Origin: Ruminococcus flavefaciens
Lineage (GTDB): Bacteria; Bacillota; Clostridia; Oscillospirales; Ruminococcaceae
Assembly (NCBI GenBank): GCA_023662725.1
Contig: JAMPIL010000008.1
Coordinates: forward strand, 4,471 to 68,470
DNA length: 64,000 nucleotides
Direction: 5' to 3'
The position numbers and the translations under genes are program-made. Below the pieces are notes generated by a model. The model was not told the DNA's origin. It did no database searches and was given only the letters and a program-made list of their open reading frames with translations. Below are positions 61,442 through 64,000 of this stretch, in pieces. The first letter of the stretch is position 1. Each line of letters opens with the position of its first letter.

Positions 61442-62368
61442 TCATTCATTCTTGAAACTAATCGGAACTCCGAATTCTCTTTCAGCTATTTCAGCAATTG
61501 CCCTCTGTTTCTGGATCTCTTCATAAGCTCTCTTACGAGCTAATACAGCCTTACGCGTCTCCCATTTTTCTTTCTTAACCTTTTTCTTTTCAGCAATTCT
61601 GAGTTCTTCCGCTTTGCACTTTTCAATTTCAGACTGCATTTTAGCGTTTTTTGCAGGAAGCTTATTGATCCAATAATCAGCGAGTTTGTTCATGGTATTA
61701 TCGTTGCCCATTGCTTTCTTTGCTAATGCAATTGCAAAACCGATATAAGCGTTAAACTCGGATTCAGGACATTCTACCGTTGTGACCGTTCCGTCAGTCC
61801 ATTCGAGCATTGTCCTCTTTCCCTTAATATGCTGTCTATATGTTTTATCAAAAATTGTGCAATCCTCTACTCTGTAATCAGAAATCATGATTTCTTCCTC
61901 TTTGTTTTTAACGTTATTTTTTTTGTTGCTTTGTTCATACTTAGGGTTTGATATTTTTTGCAGACCTTTTGCTGGAATACAAATATACATATCTTTTACA
62001 TCCAGTTTTACTTCACATAGAAGATGATGATCAAACGTTTGCAAGAGCGATTTGATACTCCCTTGTAAATCTTGTAAATCTGATGTGGATGTGTTTGATA
62101 ACTCGGGGATTGTATCAGTAATCCTCACTCTGTCTCCTATCTCTATCTGCGCCGGTGCAAGAACCGATTCGTCCCATACAAGAAGTCCATTGTCAATATC
62201 AAGTTTGTACATCGATTTTCCCAGAAACGCATTAACATCTGTTTGGGTAATAGTAGCTTCTTTTCCCTCATACCTTTTCATAATTGAAGCTGTTTCATGT
62301 GTTAATGGAATTATCGTTTCAACATTCTGTTTAATTAGAACTATATCCCCTATTTCGTATTTACTCAT
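61442..62368 (-). CDS. Hypothetical phage protein
   Basis: ORF track; WTDGTVTTV..IGFAIALAKKAMG motif seen in phage proteins. Confidence 0.6.
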   Translation of the reverse strand: MSKYEIGDIVLIKQNVETIIPLTHETASIMKRYEGKEATITQTDVNAFLGKSMYKLDIDNGLLVWDESVLAPAQIEIGDRVRITDTIPELSNTSTSDLQDLQGSIKSLLQTFDHHLLCEVKLDVKDMYICIPAKGLQKISNPKYEQSNKKNNVKNKEEEIMISDYRVEDCTIFDKTYRQHIKGKRTMLEWTDGTVTTVECPESEFNAYIGFAIALAKKAMGNDNTMNKLADYWINKLPAKNAKMQSEIEKCKAEELRIAEKKKVKKEKWETRKAVLARKRAYEEIQKQRAIAEIAEREFGVPISFKNE

Positions 62369-62560
62369 TTTTGATTTCCTCCTTTTGATTACATTTAAGA
62401 AAGTGCTAAGAGTATAAAATATACCAAGTCATTTAAACTACATTTTAAAAGGTCTAAAATGTAAAAAAATAACCAGATGTACTCATTACTCTTCTCTTGC
62501 CATTGTTATTATACACTATTGATTATATTTTGTCAAGTGTAAAACACATATATTTATATT

Positions 62561-64000
62561 TTAACTTTGAATTTTGCAACCGTTGTTGATATCTGAAAAC
62601 CACGTCTGCCGTGCAACAACCTTATTAGTACTGATACACTTCTTAAAAGCATAAGGTTCTGCCAGTAATAAGCATCGCTCCTTGGCTCTTGTAAGAGCGG
62701 TATAAAGCAAGCAATTATCAAGCAATGCAAAATGTGTATTGTCAACAATAAGGATAACCGACTTATAGCCTGAACCTTGCAAAGAATGTATTGTCATGGC
62801 ATAAGCCAGATCAATTTGCTCCGCTTCGTTCTGTGTGTAATCTATCTGTTTAGCTACGCCATTCAAGGTATATTCAACTGTAAACATATTGACCTTTTGT
62901 CTGCCTTTAATTTCCTGACGTATATCAACAATATATCCAACTTCACCATTGAATACGTCCTTTTCATAATTGTTGACCTTTTGAATAACCTTTGCTCCCA
63001 GCTTATACTTCCTATTACCGTACTTGACAAATCGTTCCTCGTTAGGAAGAAGCAATTCTTGTATGGTTTCATTGATTCGTGACGTACTGTTAACGCAATC
63101 CTTTTTTCGTGGAACTCCGATAATTGTTTGATCGATACCGGACTGCTTAATAACATTCATGTACGATTTAACAGCAATGTTATTGAGCATATCACGATCA
63201 TCACGAAACATATACGTCATATCTTTCAGTTCGCCGGTAACAGTTTTTAATTCAGGTGATTTTATAGGACTGCTGCCTTCCCGTATCATGTTAGCATCAG
63301 ATAAAATTCCCGACTTTTCAGCTTGTCTCAGAACTTTTGTTAAAGTAAAATTGCCAAAGCCACCACTGATGTCAAGAATGTCATTAAATGTGTTGCCATA
63401 TCCAATCGGAGGAAGCTGGCGATTGTCACCGCATATGATAAGTTTACTTTTATTTCTTACCGCACGAAGCAGATGAAAAAATATATCCGAACTTATCATT
63501 GAAGCTTCGTCAACAAAAATGACGTCATAATCAAGAGGCTTCTCTTCATTGAATCTGAACTTGCCAAGTCCCTGACATCCCAGAAGTCTATGAATTGTAG
63601 ACGCTTCAAATCCGGTCGCTTCGGTTATTCTCTGAGCTGCTTTTGCGGACAATGCACAGCAAGCGATTGAATATTTATTTTTGTACACATTCAGTATCGC
63701 TCTGGAAACCGATGTTTTACCGGTTCCCGCTTTTCCTGAGAGAACTATCAGATTATATTTTGTTCCCTCAACAACAATATTCCTCTGTTCTTCGGTAAGT
63801 GTAAATCCTTGCGTTTCTTCCGCTTCGGATATGCCCTTAATTATGTCGTTTTCGTCAACCTTGATTTCACACTCTCTGCTAATTGCAGTTAGTTTGTCAA
63901 ATATGTATTTTTCGGTATTATAGTAATGTTTTAATCCAACTTTTCTACCGCTTACAGCCAGAAAACTTTTATCATCATTTTTTGCAGATTCGATCAATTC
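62561..64000 (-). CDS. RecD-like SF1B helicase (5' partial)
   Basis: GKAGTGKTS, VDEASM, GDNRQLPPIG, LAYAMTIHSLQGS, LYTALTRAK. Confidence 0.9.
   Translation of the reverse strand, partial: ELIESAKNDDKSFLAVSGRKVGLKHYYNTEKYIFDKLTAISRECEIKVDENDIIKGISEAEETQGFTLTEEQRNIVVEGTKYNLIVLSGKAGTGKTSVSRAILNVYKNKYSIACCALSAKAAQRITEATGFEASTIHRLLGCQGLGKFRFNEEKPLDYDVIFVDEASMISSDIFFHLLRAVRNKSKLIICGDNRQLPPIGYGNTFNDILDISGGFGNFTLTKVLRQAEKSGILSDANMIREGSSPIKSPELKTVTGELKDMTYMFRDDRDMLNNIAVKSYMNVIKQSGIDQTIIGVPRKKDCVNSTSRINETIQELLLPNEERFVKYGNRKYKLGAKVIQKVNNYEKDVFNGEVGYIVDIRQEIKGRQKVNMFTVEYTLNGVAKQIDYTQNEAEQIDLAYAMTIHSLQGSGYKSVILIVDNTHFALLDNCLLYTALTRAKERCLLLAEPYAFKKCISTNKVVARQTWFSDINNGCKIQS

Larger units (their letters stand above)
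53888..64000 (-). mobile_element. Phage-like DNA/nucleotide-metabolism region (prophage or phage genome; no virion genes in window)
   Basis: Compact co-oriented nrdD, DUF3310, ThyX-like, HPr-like, HNH, SleB hydrolase, methylase, PAPS reductase and RecD-like genes typical of large Firmicutes phages. Confidence 0.65.

Overview
Positions 1 to about 53.88 kb are the right-hand part of a Firmicutes (Ruminococcus/Oscillospiraceae-like, inferred) integrative conjugative element (ICE); its left end lies outside the window. It carries a VirD4/VirB6/PrgI/VirB4 mating module, topoisomerase III, a DUF3991-Toprim primase, a 3129-aa ArdC-like/N6-methylase/SNF2 protein, an ECF sigma/anti-sigma pair with secreted C39-like peptidase-lipoprotein cassettes, a PBECR4 nuclease, ParA/ParB, relaxase/MobC and a large serine recombinase. 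The ICE ends inside an intein-containing class III ribonucleotide reductase gene (nrdD) that belongs to a phage-like nucleotide/DNA-metabolism module (53.9-64 kb, minus strand). Main unexplained structures: (1) two tandem promoter-structured RNA-terminator units directly upstream of the PBECR4 nuclease, arranged like a type III toxin-antitoxin locus; (2) an identical C-terminal motif LFSxxxIxxDx[FY]xPTSxK on the primase, the giant helicase and the PBECR4 nuclease, a candidate T4SS export signal; (3) 12 dispersed copies of a parS-like palindrome GTGTCAC(G)GTGACAC at gene junctions whose central base follows transcription direction; (4) a TnpV-like gene nested in another frame of the giant helicase; (5) an A9 tract that puts the start codon of the sigma-70-like gene out of frame. 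All family assignments come from motif recognition by eye; no database searches were run.
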